Positions 38,122-51,607 of a DNA stretch of 64,000 nucleotides are shown here, in pieces; the stretch's first letter is position 1, and the number at the start of each line of letters is the position of its first letter. Source of the DNA: Eledone cirrhosa (Eukaryota); contig OZ024742.1 in the NCBI GenBank assembly GCA_964016885.1, positions 137,764,001 through 137,828,000 on the forward strand. Reading direction: 5' to 3'. A program made the translations under genes and the position numbers. The notes under the pieces are model-generated. The model did not search any database and was not told the DNA's origin. It saw nothing but the letters and a program-made list of their open reading frames with translations.

Positions 38122-41100
38122 GAAAATCTAACATGCGAGTTAATGTTATTGATTTGAGGGAGAAAAATTGCCAGGAAATTGAAACAAATGGGACAGCTTT
38201 GAGGAGTGATTGTTGAATGCCATGGAAGAGAGCGCGAAAATGTTAGAAAAAAAAGACTCAAATACAAGTGGAACGGAGGAAATGGGTTGAGTGCGGAACT
38301 ACATAAAGAAATCGCAGACAAATGAGAAATGCGTTATCGCAAAGAAAAGAAGAATGGTGACATGTAATTTAACGTATTGCTTCTAGGACGTGTATGAGGC
38401 GGTGAATCCAAAGAAAATATATCAACAATAAAAATGGAAAGAAATGCATGAGATTTCTTTGTTTTGTAGATTTGTGATGGCTGCCAGAGAAGGAGAGATC
38501 ATACGCATGAATATACACACATGCTTATCTAAATACCATAAAAGTCGTATACACACATGCTTATCTAAATAACATAAAAGTCGTATACAACCACATGCAT
38601 TGTGTTTACGCAAAATAAACATGTATTTAGTTTCACAGTGAGCACCTGATTTCCTGAACATGGCACAGAATTCTCAGCATCGGGGTAAGACCGATGAATT
38701 TCAGCATTACAGTACATCATCATTCAATTATCTACACACACTTTCTGATATATGAAACAATATCGCGTATGAATTTTGCATCGTCTTAAGAAGGCTTGCT
38801 TCCATCTTGTGCAATCTTGATCGGCTATTATAAATATCACTAACACAGTGTGATTCAAAATAAAGGCAGTGCACGATAAATATATACTTTTCATTTTATA
38901 CTAGAAACACAAATTATAATTTCTGTTTATGTGTTTCGTAAACAAACAATTAAAAGAGAAATGAAAAATAAATCGAAAGTGGAGCTGCAATATTTCAGTT
39001 TACCCTTCATCATATTCTACTGAGTCTTAAAGGTATCTGTAATATGCATAATAATTCATATACCTTTTCGTATCGAAATAGCTAATTGTTATTGGTGTCA
39101 AACATTGTGTAAGAAAAACAAATTTAGTAGACGAAATTAACATTTATTTTCGCATGGAGACAGTGGCGTGCTTGAAACTATCAGCTTCCTAAATTAGCAA
39201 TGTCCGTTAAAGCTACACTAGAGCAAAGCTGTTCTGTTTAAACGGGTGGTAACATAATTTTACCACCCAGTTCGGTTGGGATTTGAAATGAGTGTGCAAA
39301 ATGTCATGACAAAATGTAGCAAAGTGTTATGTTCGACCTTCTAGCGATTCCATGATTTCACCGCGCTGAACTTATGAAAGGCAGAATTGATCTTGGAAGG
39401 ATTTAGGTTCATACCCAAGGAGCTGGAATAAAAGACCCCACACATTTCTTCTGATGCACGTACGTATGTGAAATAATGTCATTGTTAGGTTATATAAAGC
39501 AGTATAATATATATATTAACTTAGTTGTAAATAATACACAGCAAAATATTATAGTATTCAATGTGCTATCACTTTCATAAGATTTTTCAAGGGGAATTAA
39601 TTAAAATATAGCTAGAGTTTCTAGCATGTTAACCAGTGAAAAAGTGATATTGGCCCATGAAAAGCGTGGTGAATGTACAAATATAAGTGGTAAGTATTAG
39701 CTACTTAAGATTTTTATCGTTTTAATTCCAGGTACGAATTAATGTCGATGAAATCTGGTGTAGGTTTAAATATGAAAATACAGTACATAAATACTGTACC
39801 CAATTTAGTCCAGTGATATAATCGCTTACTGCTAAATCATCATTATCGATATGGGATAATAAAAGCATGAACACTTGAAGCTAAAGTTAGTTTCTTAATT
39901 TCTTTTAATAAATATGTTACTTTTTTAAACTAACCGGTGCAAAACAATTTATTGGTCGATAGTAGCAGATAAATAAAGATTAAGTAGGATAAAACTAAAA
40001 TAGGAGATAAAGACAGCTGTTTCAGCTAATGTGACTGATTGCATTCGCAATTTCACTTAGTTCCAATACTCTTAATCCGGAGAGCATTATAGTATTTGTT
40101 TCGGATTGGTAACTGGAAAAATATGTCTAGAATACTGCGTTAATTAAAGGATAAAATATATTTGAAGAAAAATGATTAGATATATGAAAAGGATTACTTA
40201 CACGTTTTATTTACATTTTATTGCAATTACCTTGTTTCACTTCTTGGTTGTGTTTACTAATACATTTTGATATATGAGTCACATTTATTTGTAAATACAA
40301 ATCTGATTCGGGAAATGATTATAAGCAAACGTTAGTCATTTATATTCTATCACAAAAACATGAAGTGCAAATTAACATACACACCTCCCCAAAACACACA
40401 TGCCTCAACTCACCTACACATATACTTCTAAACACTGAGACACACAGAGAAACACTTGTCTTGTCACTCGAGTATTTAACCTGATATACTCAACTATTAT
40501 TTATAGCGATCGATTGTTATCACATTTATTTTAACTTTGGGATTCTCACATCATCAAGTTTCAAATCCGCATGTACTTCGGTAAATTATAAGGTTTGCTC
40601 ACTTCCGTCCGCGCTTTAATAGACGGAAAAATAGACGGCAAGAAATGACATTTGGCCTCGTAGCTGAAAGGTAACTCATTCGAACAATATTCGCAACAAC
40701 TGAAATATGGACCCCTGAAACGTACAAATATTAAACATATAACTGTTTCGTCCAGATGCATTGCAAGATAGGTCATTGTCGCAGGTCTTCCAATTTATCT
40801 TAATAAGAGACTTTTTATAATATAAGTAAATATATATCTAGCGGTCGAAACGGCTGAAGCTTACCCGTCGAGGTCCTACACACACACCACACTCCCACCT
40901 CCACACACACATGTGTATTCTTTATATATACACTCTCACACGTGCACACTCACACTTTCTACAACCATATTCCCAAAACCCTACTGTTGCCAATCCCATA
41001 GAATGTATCACTAGCTAACAATTCCCCTCTTCGCCACTCCCATCTGAACTCTTGACCAGTCCTTTAATACAATTGAGATACACACACATATCTACAGAAT

Positions 41101-41534
41101 ATCTCCTTTGTCTCGAAAAACAATTTTGTTGTGTGAAATAACACACCTACCACCACTGCTGCTGCTACTATCGCGATTACACACCTCTCACTCTATACAA
41201 AAGAGTTCATTTCTCTACTCTCCTTCTCAACAAGGAAGATGAAAAAAACTTGCCTCAATACTTAATTTTATTTCTTTAATTTTTAGTTTTTAATTATTAT
41301 TAATTCCTTTTAATAGTAATACTCAACATTTGATAAGATGAATTTTACTAATACATCGAAACCGGTAATACTTTATATTCTTTATATACATCATAATACT
41401 CTTTTTTAAAAGAAATGTCCCTCGCATTTTTCAATAATGTCACTTTGACGAATAAGAGAAAGGAAAAAAAAAGAAAAACAGAGTCTAAAATATATTTTCC
41501 GTGCTACTTCCAATTTGCCCCCACCCCTCTCTCT

Positions 41535-41644
<110 letters not shown>

Positions 41645-43401
41645 TTGAGCATATATACATCGAATACTGGTCATTTCCGTGTTGACAGACTACAGAATAA
41701 TCAGCCATTAGTGTTAACAATAAGTTCACATCGAATATTTATATGTTGACCATTTTATAACCATAGAAAGTCAACGCTTTGAAACGTTGTGTTCGTATAT
41801 ACTCGTAAATAGATGGGGAAAGATAATAATACAAAAACTGATATCCAAAATATTTTCTCGATATTAATCCCAAAATCTTCAATAACTCAGTTACATACAT
41901 ACAAGCGAAGAAAACCCTCTGGGATTGTGCTACCGTCTACATGTAGTTCACTGTAAGAGACATTTAATCTAAAATCGACATTATTTATTGTATCGACTAA
42001 ACCTACCAAAAAGAAAAACAATAATAATACAATTTTGCCTTGGAAAACAAATAAATAATTAATGAAGAAAACCACAGTATCGTTTTCGGTTAAAGCAAGT
42101 ATGATAATTATTGCTAAAATCTAACAACCGAACAAACCTCTGCTTTTAAATGTCGCTGAGTTAACGATTACTTGAAGTAAGATGCCGCCATGGTTTTACT
42201 TTTAATCTTTACATGTTAACTAGTTCTCTTTCTGTTTCTTTTTTTGAAATTGATCTTTTGAGCGTATGAATTATCACATCCACACTTCACACACACGGGC
42301 ACATATGTACATTCACAGTATACATTCATCTTTTATCAGATACACCCACCTCTCTTTCATCGACCCCCTACCACATTTGAAAATATAACCCAGTACGACT
42401 ATTTCATATCGGGACATTAAGAGATGAAAGAGAAGCATTATATTACTACATATGTTGTTGTTGTCTTCTTCTTCTTCTTCTTCGTCTTCTTCTTCCCCTC
42501 CCTCTACTCTCCTCATTCTCTTCTTCTCCTCCTCCTTCTTTTCCACTAAATTTAAGAGACGTAAATATTTCACTTTACAATGATATATTGCCATGCATTA
42601 TCTTCTCTTTCATTACTATTATCTCAGAATATAAACCTTTTACTTATAACGTTTTTTTTTTCTTTCTTTTTGTGGGAGATGACTTTCTCTCCATTTAGGT
42701 TCTGATTTTCTTGTAATTTTTATTTTTTTATTTTTCGAGGGGGGTCTGGTTGTGTATTTTTTTAAACTGTGCAAGGTTTCCTGATAGTGATATCTGAGCC
42801 CAGTGGGTTCCAAGAAAATAAATTGTTTAATTGGTTGCTAACACACAGTGTATACTTTGTTATCGCTTGCACTGTTAATTTCCCCCGTCAACCCTCATTA
42901 ATCTTTTCTACTTTTAAACATTGTCATCAATTTTGTACGACCCATAATCCAAGCATAAAGCCTCATATACGGCGCTCATGTTGATGAGAAATAGTAGTGA
43001 ATTCACCCTCAAATTAAATGCCATCATCTAAAAAAGGTCATTTAGTATAACATTTTCCGGAACATGGTTGATAGATTTGCTAATATTCCAGTTCAATATA
43101 GGCGGAGCTCAATGTAAATAGCATCATGTCACCCCAGAATCTCGACTGTACGGAAATAGGCCGTCAAAAGGAAAGTGACCTTCTCCTAGAGAGATGTCTT
43201 AATGAAGACTAGATGTCTCTCGCTTACATTCGTACATTCATTTTTACATAAGTACATACACACATACATTACATAGATACATACATACACACATACATAC
43301 ACACATACATACATACATACATACATACATACATACACACATACACACATACATACATACATACATACATACATACATACATACATACATACATACATAC
43401 A

Positions 43402-43920
43402 TGGTGGCTGCCAACTCGTTTTCGAGTACGGCCACTACTTTATATCTTGTGACAATTATTGACACATAGTGCTGGGCCCATGGTACCGTGTGACGACAAG
43501 TGCAGAGAGATCTCCAGATATAAAGCAATGCCGGTGCCGTGAAGCTTTTATAGTGAGCAAAGGCACTGCACAAAGCCAGTCCCACTCTCTTAACCAAGAT
43601 GATATTTACCAAAAAGAAAAACAAGTCAACATCATTGGATACCATCAGGGTTGCAAGTGTTATATCAGAGTTTTCCTTCTCCTAGAATTCTGTCTTGACA
43701 AAAGCTAGGGGGTCATCTCTCCCGGTGATTTTGGATGGCCATTGACTCTTAAGAGCTCCTTTGCCCTTTGACAGTTTTTTTTTTGTCCTGCAGGATGTCC
43801 AAAGTCACCCTCCTCACCAAGAAACCTTGGTGGGGTTGCCAGTTTAGTCGCCAACGACCCGACCATGAGACAGGTTGTACTGGGATACATGTTACCAGTA
43901 GCACCAACTGGTGACCTGAC
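43402..43920 (-). mobile_element. Non-autonomous bipartite RTE-related element (5'UTR + 3' end) with (TGTA)n tail, copy 1
   Basis: Highly similar to 44957-45477. Shares blocks with the RTE 5'UTR at 51017-51238 and the RTE 3' end at 46871-46910. (CATA)n on both sides. Confidence 0.8.
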
Positions 43921-44037
43921 ATAATATACATACATACATACATACATGCATGCATGCATACATACATACATACATACATACATACATACATACATACATA
44001 CATACATACATACATACATACATACATACATACATAC

Positions 44038-44926
44038 AGGAAATTAACACGAAATACCTGATTCAAAAAAGAGATAGGGATGCAGGCAAAACACCTAGAT
44101 GTGATAACAAGTGCAGACTCTGCAGAACTAACACCGAGGATATCACCCATGTCATCAGCAGCTGCCCAAAGATGTCATCGCGGTACTATCTACCTATGAG
44201 GCATGATGTAGTGGCCAAAACACTGTACAATGCAGTTCGTAAAAAGATAGGCCCGATAATAAACACATTAAAAGCTATGGCAATGTGGAAGACATTCATG
44301 TACATAATATGAAAGAGTACTGGTGGAATGTTCCAGTAAAACCCCCCAAAAATGCAGGCATAACAGAGCAGATATTATGATATTGGACAGGGAGAAGAAA
44401 TCATGCACAGTAATTGAAATTAGCTGCCCAGCAGATGCCAATATAATATCAGAAATTAGCGAAAAGGAGAATATTTATGCAGAACTGATGAGAAATCTGC
44501 AGATACTCCACCCTGATTAAACCTTAAAATTTATGCCTGTGATTATTGGGGCACTGGGGTATGTTAGTAACTGCCTCCATACAAATCTTGAGAAGCTAGG
44601 CTTCACAGGAACAGAAAGAACACAAATAGTTAAGAAATTACAAGTACAATCCGTCAATGGAACAGTAAAAATATGTAAAACATTCCAACAATTATGCATC
44701 TAATAACTGCATATACACATGTACCGATACAAAGCATATACACATGCAGACATACAACTCAAAACATCCACATCCACACTTACAATAACATCCATATCTA
44801 CACATGCATGCATATATAATGTACCCAGTTGATGTGTAAATTCCAATGAGAGAGTCTTGTGTCTATGTTAAAAACTGACTCTACCTCTATTGGGAACAAA
44901 TTTGTGAAATTATAAAACCAGAAGAA
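44038..44926 (+). mobile_element. 3' fragment of an RLE-type (R4/Dong-like) LINE
   Basis: CCHC knuckle CRLCRTNTEDITHVISSC, RHDVVAK, RADIMILDREKKSCTVIEISCP (restriction-like endonuclease), PVIIGALG. Flanked by (CATA)n. Confidence 0.85.
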
Positions 44927-44956
44927 CATACATACATAGATACATACATACATACA

Positions 44957-45477
44957 TGGTGGCTGCCAACTCGTTTTCGAGTACGGCCACTACTTTATAC
45001 ACTTGTGACAATTATTGACACATAGTGCTGGGCCCATGGTACCGTGTGACGACAAGTGCAGAGAGATCTCCAGATATAAAGCAATGCCGGTGCCGTGAAG
45101 CTTTTATAGTGAGCAAAGGCACTGCACAAAGCCAGTCCCACTCTCTTAACCAAGATGATATTTACCAAAAAGAAAAACAAGTCAACATCATTGGATACCA
45201 TCAGGGTTGCAAGTGTTATATCAGAGTTTTCCTTCTCCTAGAATTCTGCCCTGACAAAGGCTAAGGGGTCATCTCTCCCAGTGATTTTGGATGGCCATTG
45301 ACTCTTAAGAGCTCTTTGCCCTTTGACAGGTTTTGTTTTTAGTCCTGCAGGATGTCCAAAGTGACCCTCCTCACCAAGAAACCATGGTGGGGTTGCCAGT
45401 TTAGTCGCCAACGACCCGACCATGGGACAGGTTGTACTGGGATACATGTTACCAGTAGCACCAACTGATGACCTGAC
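44957..45477 (-). mobile_element. Bipartite RTE-related element, copy 2
   Basis: Highly similar to 43402-43920; (CATA)n on both sides. Confidence 0.8.
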
Positions 45478-45572
45478 ATACATACATACATACATACATA
45501 CATACATACATACATACATACATACATACATACATACATACATACATACATACATACATACATACATACATA

Positions 45573-46655
45573 CCAGTCCATACACTCAACGCGATCAGTC
45601 GCATATTTTGGCGTGGGAGACTATTTATTAAATTTAAGATGAATACTATCTCCGACAGTACTGACACAACTACTGCCATGATGAATAACTGGTTATTCTT
45701 CTAACTACATCTTCTGAAGACACCTTTTATTCTAATTCGTAGAGATATCCGACTAAATACATAATTCATTTTACAAGGATTTGCTACAGACAGCATGGCT
45801 GAACACAACATCAACAACACAATTAAGGAAGTATCGAAGACAAACAACAAGAAAGGTAAAGAAACTTTATTCAGTTGTAGCTACAGAAGAGACCGAAATT
45901 ATAAATCTCATTTCCCTTGGAGTTGCGAACTTAATAATGATTTATTTAATTGTTATCAAATGGCAAAAAACAATCCCTCCATTGGCTATATGAACAGAAT
46001 GAAGCTACACTGGGACGAAATGCACCAGAGCTAAATTATTTCACAGCGAAACAATTACGCCAACAAGCGACGTTTGTTGAACGTAAAAATAAGATAAATA
46101 GTATTAATTGTAAGTCCCCCACAACAAACATGAGATCAACAACACGTGCTACAGGTCGCCATGCTACTAGACTTCCTAGAAGCCAGGTCGAACAGTACTT
46201 TGAAGCAACTATGCCTGTAAGCAATTTGACACCACCTGTACCATCTAAGTCTACCTCGACTGTTGTGGAAAATACTATCGATAATGATAATAATCAAAAG
46301 TATAAACAATTGAAAATTTCCCTCAACGAAATCTTCCAGAGAGAAATTAATTCATCTATAAATATCTCTCTTGCTGAACGTATTAAAACGACAATATTTA
46401 ATAAAAAACTAAATAATGAAATATTACGTGTTATTGACGAAAGAGTAGAGGAATATTTACGACGGATAAAAACCCCAACATTTAGGCAAATCAACGCCTG
46501 CTTATATGCCTTAGCAACGACAGTGAAGCATTATCTTGGTGATAGCAGAGATATTAACAAGAACAGAACCAACACCAAAAACCAAGATGCAGCGTGGCTA
46601 AAAGAAATCCGAAAGAACTATTGCGACTTGAAAACTATTGCGACTTGAAAACTCT
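45573..46655 (+). mobile_element. Probable 5' part (UTR + N-terminal ORF, frameshifted) of an R4/Dong-like LINE
   Basis: WSCELNNDLFNCYQMAKNNPSIGYMNRMKLHWDEMH/PELNYFTAKQLRQQA resembles the N-terminal Myb-like motif of R4-clade ORFs. Starts directly after (CATA)n. Confidence 0.6.
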
Positions 46656-46669
46656 GGTACAAACACTGC

Positions 46670-46860
46670 ACTTGTGACAATTATTGACACATAGTGCTGG
46701 ACCCATGGTACCATGTGACGACAAGTGCAGAGAGATCTCCAGATATAAAGCAATGCCTGTGCCGTGAAGCTTTTATAGTGAGCAAAGGTACTGCACAAAG
46801 CCAGTCCCACTCTCTTAACCAAGATTATATTTACCAAAAAGAAGAACAAGTCAACATCAT
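46670..46860 (-). mobile_element. Bipartite RTE-related element, partial copy 3
   Basis: Matches 43446-43635. Confidence 0.8.
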
Positions 46861-46955
46861 ACATACATACATGATGGCTGCCCCCCTCGTTATCGAGTAT
46901 GGCCATTGCACAATAAAAAAAAAAAAAAATAAATAAATAAATAAATAAATAAAAA

Positions 46956-47024
<69 letters not shown>

Positions 47025-47055
47025 AAAAAAAAAAAAAAAAAAAAAAAGGGAAAAG

Positions 47056-47086
<31 letters not shown>

Positions 47087-47315
47087 TACACATACATATA
47101 TATATACACATATATATACACACACACATACATACACATACATACATATATACACACACACATACATACACATACACTCACACATATATACACACATACA
47201 TTAATAACAATAATAATAATAATAATAATAATAATAGCAATAATAATAATAACGACAACAACAATAATAATATACATATTCATATATATATACACACACA
47301 CGCACGCACATAAGC

Positions 47316-47357
<42 letters not shown>

Positions 47358-50300
47358 GATAGCAACTAACAGTGCTGCGATCGAATGTGGCTTTTTAGCC
47401 CAGCCAATGATCTAAAATGTCTTGCACAGAGTCGGCAACCAAAACATTTACTGGGAATAGTCGGCTGTGGTTGGAGTTCGTGTACTTTTGCATGTCGCTT
47501 GAGTCCTCCTGCTGATTTACATTCTCTACCACATGTTTGGCAAGCATGATGAGTAGCATCTCCAACAGCAGCCTGGTAGTCAACCACTGGTCTTACTTTA
47601 TGACTGCGAAGATGACTTTCGAGTCCAGCTTTGCTTAGGCAGAGTCTCGCACAGACGCTGCATGTCAGAAACATAGGAGGACCCTCGCCGTCTGGAAGTG
47701 CAACAGCAATACCCTTCCTCACGTCCCGCTTTACTTTCTCGTGTGCGATTCGAGATGCCTCAAAGGCAACTTTTCCCTCATATACAGTCTTTCTCCATTT
47801 ATTACGATCAGCAGCAATATTTTCCCATGTATCAGCAGAGATGTTAGCGTCTTTCAGAGAGGCCTTCAAGGAATCCTTATACCTCTTTTTTGGTTTATGT
47901 GGCGGTCGTTTTCCTTTAACCAACTCTCCATAGAAGAGTTGTTTTGGTATTCTAGAATCCTTCATCCTGGCAAGGTGACCACTCCAACGGAGTCGCTGCT
48001 TAAGCACAAGAGCTTCTATACTGTCACACATAGAGCTTTCCAAAATCTCGACATCACTGATGTGGTCCCTCCAGCGAACGCCATGTATCCGTCTGAGACA
48101 CATCTGATGGAAACGCTCCAATTGCTTAAGGTGGCGTCGATATGTGACCCAGGTCTCGCAGGCATAAAGAAGACAAGAGAGTACACATGCCCTGTACACC
48201 TTTACCTTTGTCCTCCTGCATATGTCTCGCCGACCCCAGAGTCGCCTTTCTAGCTTTCCGAAAGCATCACTTGCTTTCCTAATCCTAAGTGAGATCTCAC
48301 CGTCAAGGTTGCCGTATCGATTGACAGTGCTTCCCAGGTAGACAAACTGATCAACCACTCCAAGTCGTTTGCCATACACATAGATGTTTGGTTCAGTGTA
48401 CTGCCTACCAGGTGCAGGTTGGTACATGACGACGGTTTTCTTGAGACTGACAGTCAAACCCAGGGCAGTGCAAGCGTCAGAAAATACATTCAAAATGTGC
48501 TGCATATCACTCTCTGTGTGCGCTACAAGATCGCAATCATCTGCATACAAGAGGTCTCTTATGACTGATGTAAATACTTTTGTCTTCGCAGCAAAGCGCC
48601 TGATGTTAAATATGCTGCCTGAGGTTCGATATCGGATGTAAACACCATGCTCGCAATTCCTGAATGCAATACAGAAAACCATTGCAAAGTATATGGCAAA
48701 CAGGGTCGGTGCTGGAATATCCCCCTGTTTCACTCCATTTTTTACTGAGATAGGCTCCGACATGTTACCTCCGACATTAACCCAAGCCTTCATGTCGTCA
48801 TGGAAAGACCTAACTAAAGCAAGGAACTTATCAGGGCAACCAAGTTTCTGGAGAACCTTCCATAATGCATCTCTGTTGACAGTATCGAAAGCCTTTGTCA
48901 GATCGACAAAAACCTGATACAGATCCAAGCCCTGTTCAATGCACTTCTCCTGGAGCTGTCTAGCTGAGAAGATCATATCAGTAGTGCCGCGTCCAACACG
49001 AAAACCAGATTGACTTTCAGGAAGGACACAATCTGCAATGTGTGTCAGCAGACGGTCCAGAAGCACCCTACATAAAACTTTCCCCACGACAGAAAGCAAT
49101 GATATACCTCTGTAGTTCCCACAATCATTCCTGTTACCCTTTCCCTTGTACAAGACCACCATTACTGCATCTCTCCAGTCCTCAGGCACGGATTCATTAG
49201 CCCATATCCTTCCAAACAGAGAGTGAAGATGTTGCAGGAGTCTCTCACCACCATATTGTAGGAGCTCAGCATGTATGCCATCCATACCTGGAGATCTTCC
49301 ACTGTTCAGCTTCGAAATAGCCACTGCAACCTCCACAAGTGTCGGAGGTTCTGCGAGAGCTACTTTCACAGGACTTTCCGGAATGAGATTGAGGAAATCT
49401 TCACTGACGACAGACGGCTGATTCAAAAGATCATCAAAGTGCTCTCGCCACCTTCGTAGAATTCCCTGTGAGTCACGAAGAAGTTCTTTGCCATCCTTGC
49501 TGCGAATCGGTGTCACCAGAGAAGAAGACGGTCCATAAACCTCACGCAAGAGACTGTACAACAGCTTTGTGTTATTGCAATCAGACGCAGTTTGTATCTC
49601 ACCAGCCTTCTCACTCCACCACTGATCCTTCATCTGAGAAAGACTCCGCCTAACACGTGATTTTACATCCCTGAGCTCCTCATGCAACGTATTCCTCTCC
49701 TGTGGTCTTGCCGTCAAGTAGCGTGACAGAGCGCGCCTCTTATCAGCCAACAAGTCATCTATATGCACATCCTTCTCATCAAACCAGTCCTGATGTTTTC
49801 TCTGCACCAATCCCAGAACACGTCTGCCTACATCATAAACCGACTTTTTAAGGGTCGGCCAATCCTCACCAAGATCTGCAGCCTGCATCTCTTCTTCCAA
49901 TGTCCTCTTCACATTTTTATCCTTAAGACGAGCAGCATTCAATCTTTTGGGCAGGGCAACACCAGGAGCCCGGATTTTACGTTTGGTGATTAGATTCACT
50001 TTTGCGCGTACCAGGCGGTGGTCCGTCCAGCACTCAGCTCCACGAAGAACACGAACACACTGCACATCCCGTCTGTCACGCATCCTGACTAGGACGTAGT
50101 CCAAAAGATGCCATTCCTTAGATGCAGGATGCATCCATGTGGTCTTGAATTTGTTCTTTTGTTGGAACATGGTGTTGGTAACACACAGATCCAGCTCCTC
50201 ACACATCTGCAGCAAGAGCATACCATTGCTGTTACACTTTCCCACCCCATGCCTTCCGATTACATTCCATGTGTTAAAATCCCTACCCACTCTAGCATTA

Positions 50301-50952
50301 AAGTCACCAAGCACGATGACTTTGTCTGCCTGAGGGATATTTCTTAAAACACCTTTCAAGGCATGGTAAAAGGACAGTTTTTCTTCATCGACAGAATTCA
50401 TAGTTGGAGCATACACACTCACCAGGGTAGCATATCTTCCCTTGTCCAGCGGAACTCTCATGGACATAAGACGCTCACTAATCCCCACTGGGAATTCTTC
50501 CAATTTATTCACCAGTACAGTCTTAACAGCAAATCCTACCCCAGCCTCTCTTCTGGTTCCTTCATCTCTTCCTTTCCAGAAGAATGTATATTCTCCACAA
50601 AATTCCGTAAGATGACCATCTCCAGCTAACCTCGTCTCAGACAAAGCCACGATGTCAAGATCGTAACGTCGAAGCTCCTTCGCAACAAGAGCGGTCCTTC
50701 GTTCAGGACGCTCCAAAGAATCCCTGTCAAGCAGCGTCCGTACGTTCCAGCAGCCAAGACTAAATGCCCTGTTTGGCTCTATTACAATGGCACGATGACG
50801 GGCGGGCCCAGGTTGTGATAACTTGGGGCCCCTGCCCTTATTGCCAATGATCTCTTTTGTTCCAGAACCCAAATTGGCAATTATCTCGTTTACATTGTTC
50901 TGGAACATCATTGAATTGGAAAAAAAAAAAAAAAAAAAAAAAAGTAATAATA

Positions 50953-50987
<35 letters not shown>

Positions 50988-51292
50988 ACACTATTAATAA
51001 TTATTAATGCACTCGTGCAATGCCTGTGCGTGACGAATATTTTTAAAGTGAGGAAAGACTGTGCACTGAACCAATCCCACTCTCTGAGCGACAGTAGCTA
51101 TAACCCGAAAAGAAGAAAAGATCAACATCATCGGTAACTACTGAGCCGCAGGTTTTATATCGGAGTTAACCCAGTTTCCTGAGATGCCTTCTCCTAGAAG
51201 AATACCCTGACATGGGCTAGGGGTTCTTCACTCCCAGTGGTTTAACTGCGCGATCGGGCATCCAGCCCGATTATTTCTATGTCCCCGCGCGC
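46861..51292 (-). mobile_element. Apparently full-length RTE-clade LINE; the 5' end may extend to ~51607
   Basis: Intact ORF, 5'UTR with the CTAGGAGAAGG motif, and a 3'-terminal hairpin (46871-46910) followed by (TGTA)n. Confidence 0.85.
47366..50911 (-). CDS. RTE LINE protein: AP-like endonuclease + reverse transcriptase + three C-terminal C2H2 zinc fingers (1181 aa)
   Basis: WNVRTL, ALSETR, GDFNARVG, TDHRLV, NYRGISLLS, QSGFR, FVDLTKAFD, GVKQG, LLYADD; fingers CSVC..H...H, CQTC..H...H, CRLC..H....H. No stops. Confidence 0.96.
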   Translation of the reverse strand: MMFQNNVNEIIANLGSGTKEIIGNKGRGPKLSQPGPARHRAIVIEPNRAFSLGCWNVRTLLDRDSLERPERRTALVAKELRRYDLDIVALSETRLAGDGHLTEFCGEYTFFWKGRDEGTRREAGVGFAVKTVLVNKLEEFPVGISERLMSMRVPLDKGRYATLVSVYAPTMNSVDEEKLSFYHALKGVLRNIPQADKVIVLGDFNARVGRDFNTWNVIGRHGVGKCNSNGMLLLQMCEELDLCVTNTMFQQKNKFKTTWMHPASKEWHLLDYVLVRMRDRRDVQCVRVLRGAECWTDHRLVRAKVNLITKRKIRAPGVALPKRLNAARLKDKNVKRTLEEEMQAADLGEDWPTLKKSVYDVGRRVLGLVQRKHQDWFDEKDVHIDDLLADKRRALSRYLTARPQERNTLHEELRDVKSRVRRSLSQMKDQWWSEKAGEIQTASDCNNTKLLYSLLREVYGPSSSLVTPIRSKDGKELLRDSQGILRRWREHFDDLLNQPSVVSEDFLNLIPESPVKVALAEPPTLVEVAVAISKLNSGRSPGMDGIHAELLQYGGERLLQHLHSLFGRIWANESVPEDWRDAVMVVLYKGKGNRNDCGNYRGISLLSVVGKVLCRVLLDRLLTHIADCVLPESQSGFRVGRGTTDMIFSARQLQEKCIEQGLDLYQVFVDLTKAFDTVNRDALWKVLQKLGCPDKFLALVRSFHDDMKAWVNVGGNMSEPISVKNGVKQGDIPAPTLFAIYFAMVFCIAFRNCEHGVYIRYRTSGSIFNIRRFAAKTKVFTSVIRDLLYADDCDLVAHTESDMQHILNVFSDACTALGLTVSLKKTVVMYQPAPGRQYTEPNIYVYGKRLGVVDQFVYLGSTVNRYGNLDGEISLRIRKASDAFGKLERRLWGRRDICRRTKVKVYRACVLSCLLYACETWVTYRRHLKQLERFHQMCLRRIHGVRWRDHISDVEILESSMCDSIEALVLKQRLRWSGHLARMKDSRIPKQLFYGELVKGKRPPHKPKKRYKDSLKASLKDANISADTWENIAADRNKWRKTVYEGKVAFEASRIAHEKVKRDVRKGIAVALPDGEGPPMFLTCSVCARLCLSKAGLESHLRSHKVRPVVDYQAAVGDATHHACQTCGRECKSAGGLKRHAKVHELQPQPTIPSKCFGCRLCARHFRSLAGLKSHIRSQHC

Positions 51293-51607
51293 AAAAAAAA
51301 AAAAAAAAAAAAAAAATTACTTATTGACACTTATACGTACGACATACACACACACGCATACATATGCGTGCACACAGCAACACTCGCACACACAACAAAC
51401 ACACACACACGCTACTCTACTCACTTACACGCACACACACACATATATATATATATATTACCGTCATTACTGATACAAGATTACCAGATTATGTCAACTG
51501 TTGACTTTCAAGAGTTTGTATAGTTGAAGCCGATCGTATTACAGTCCAGTATTACTATAATTGCTTTACAGCATAGAGTTATGGCTCTCCACGGAGTCAA
51601 CAAAAAT

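Noticed and set aside
41328-41372. TGATAA-GATG..CATC-GAAACCGGTA hammerhead relic
   Set aside because: The CUGANGA box has two changes and stem I is weak.
51017-51292. HDV-like ribozyme in the RTE 5'UTR
   Set aside because: Known for some RTEs, but I could not assign the nested pseudoknot by eye; it needs a descriptor search.
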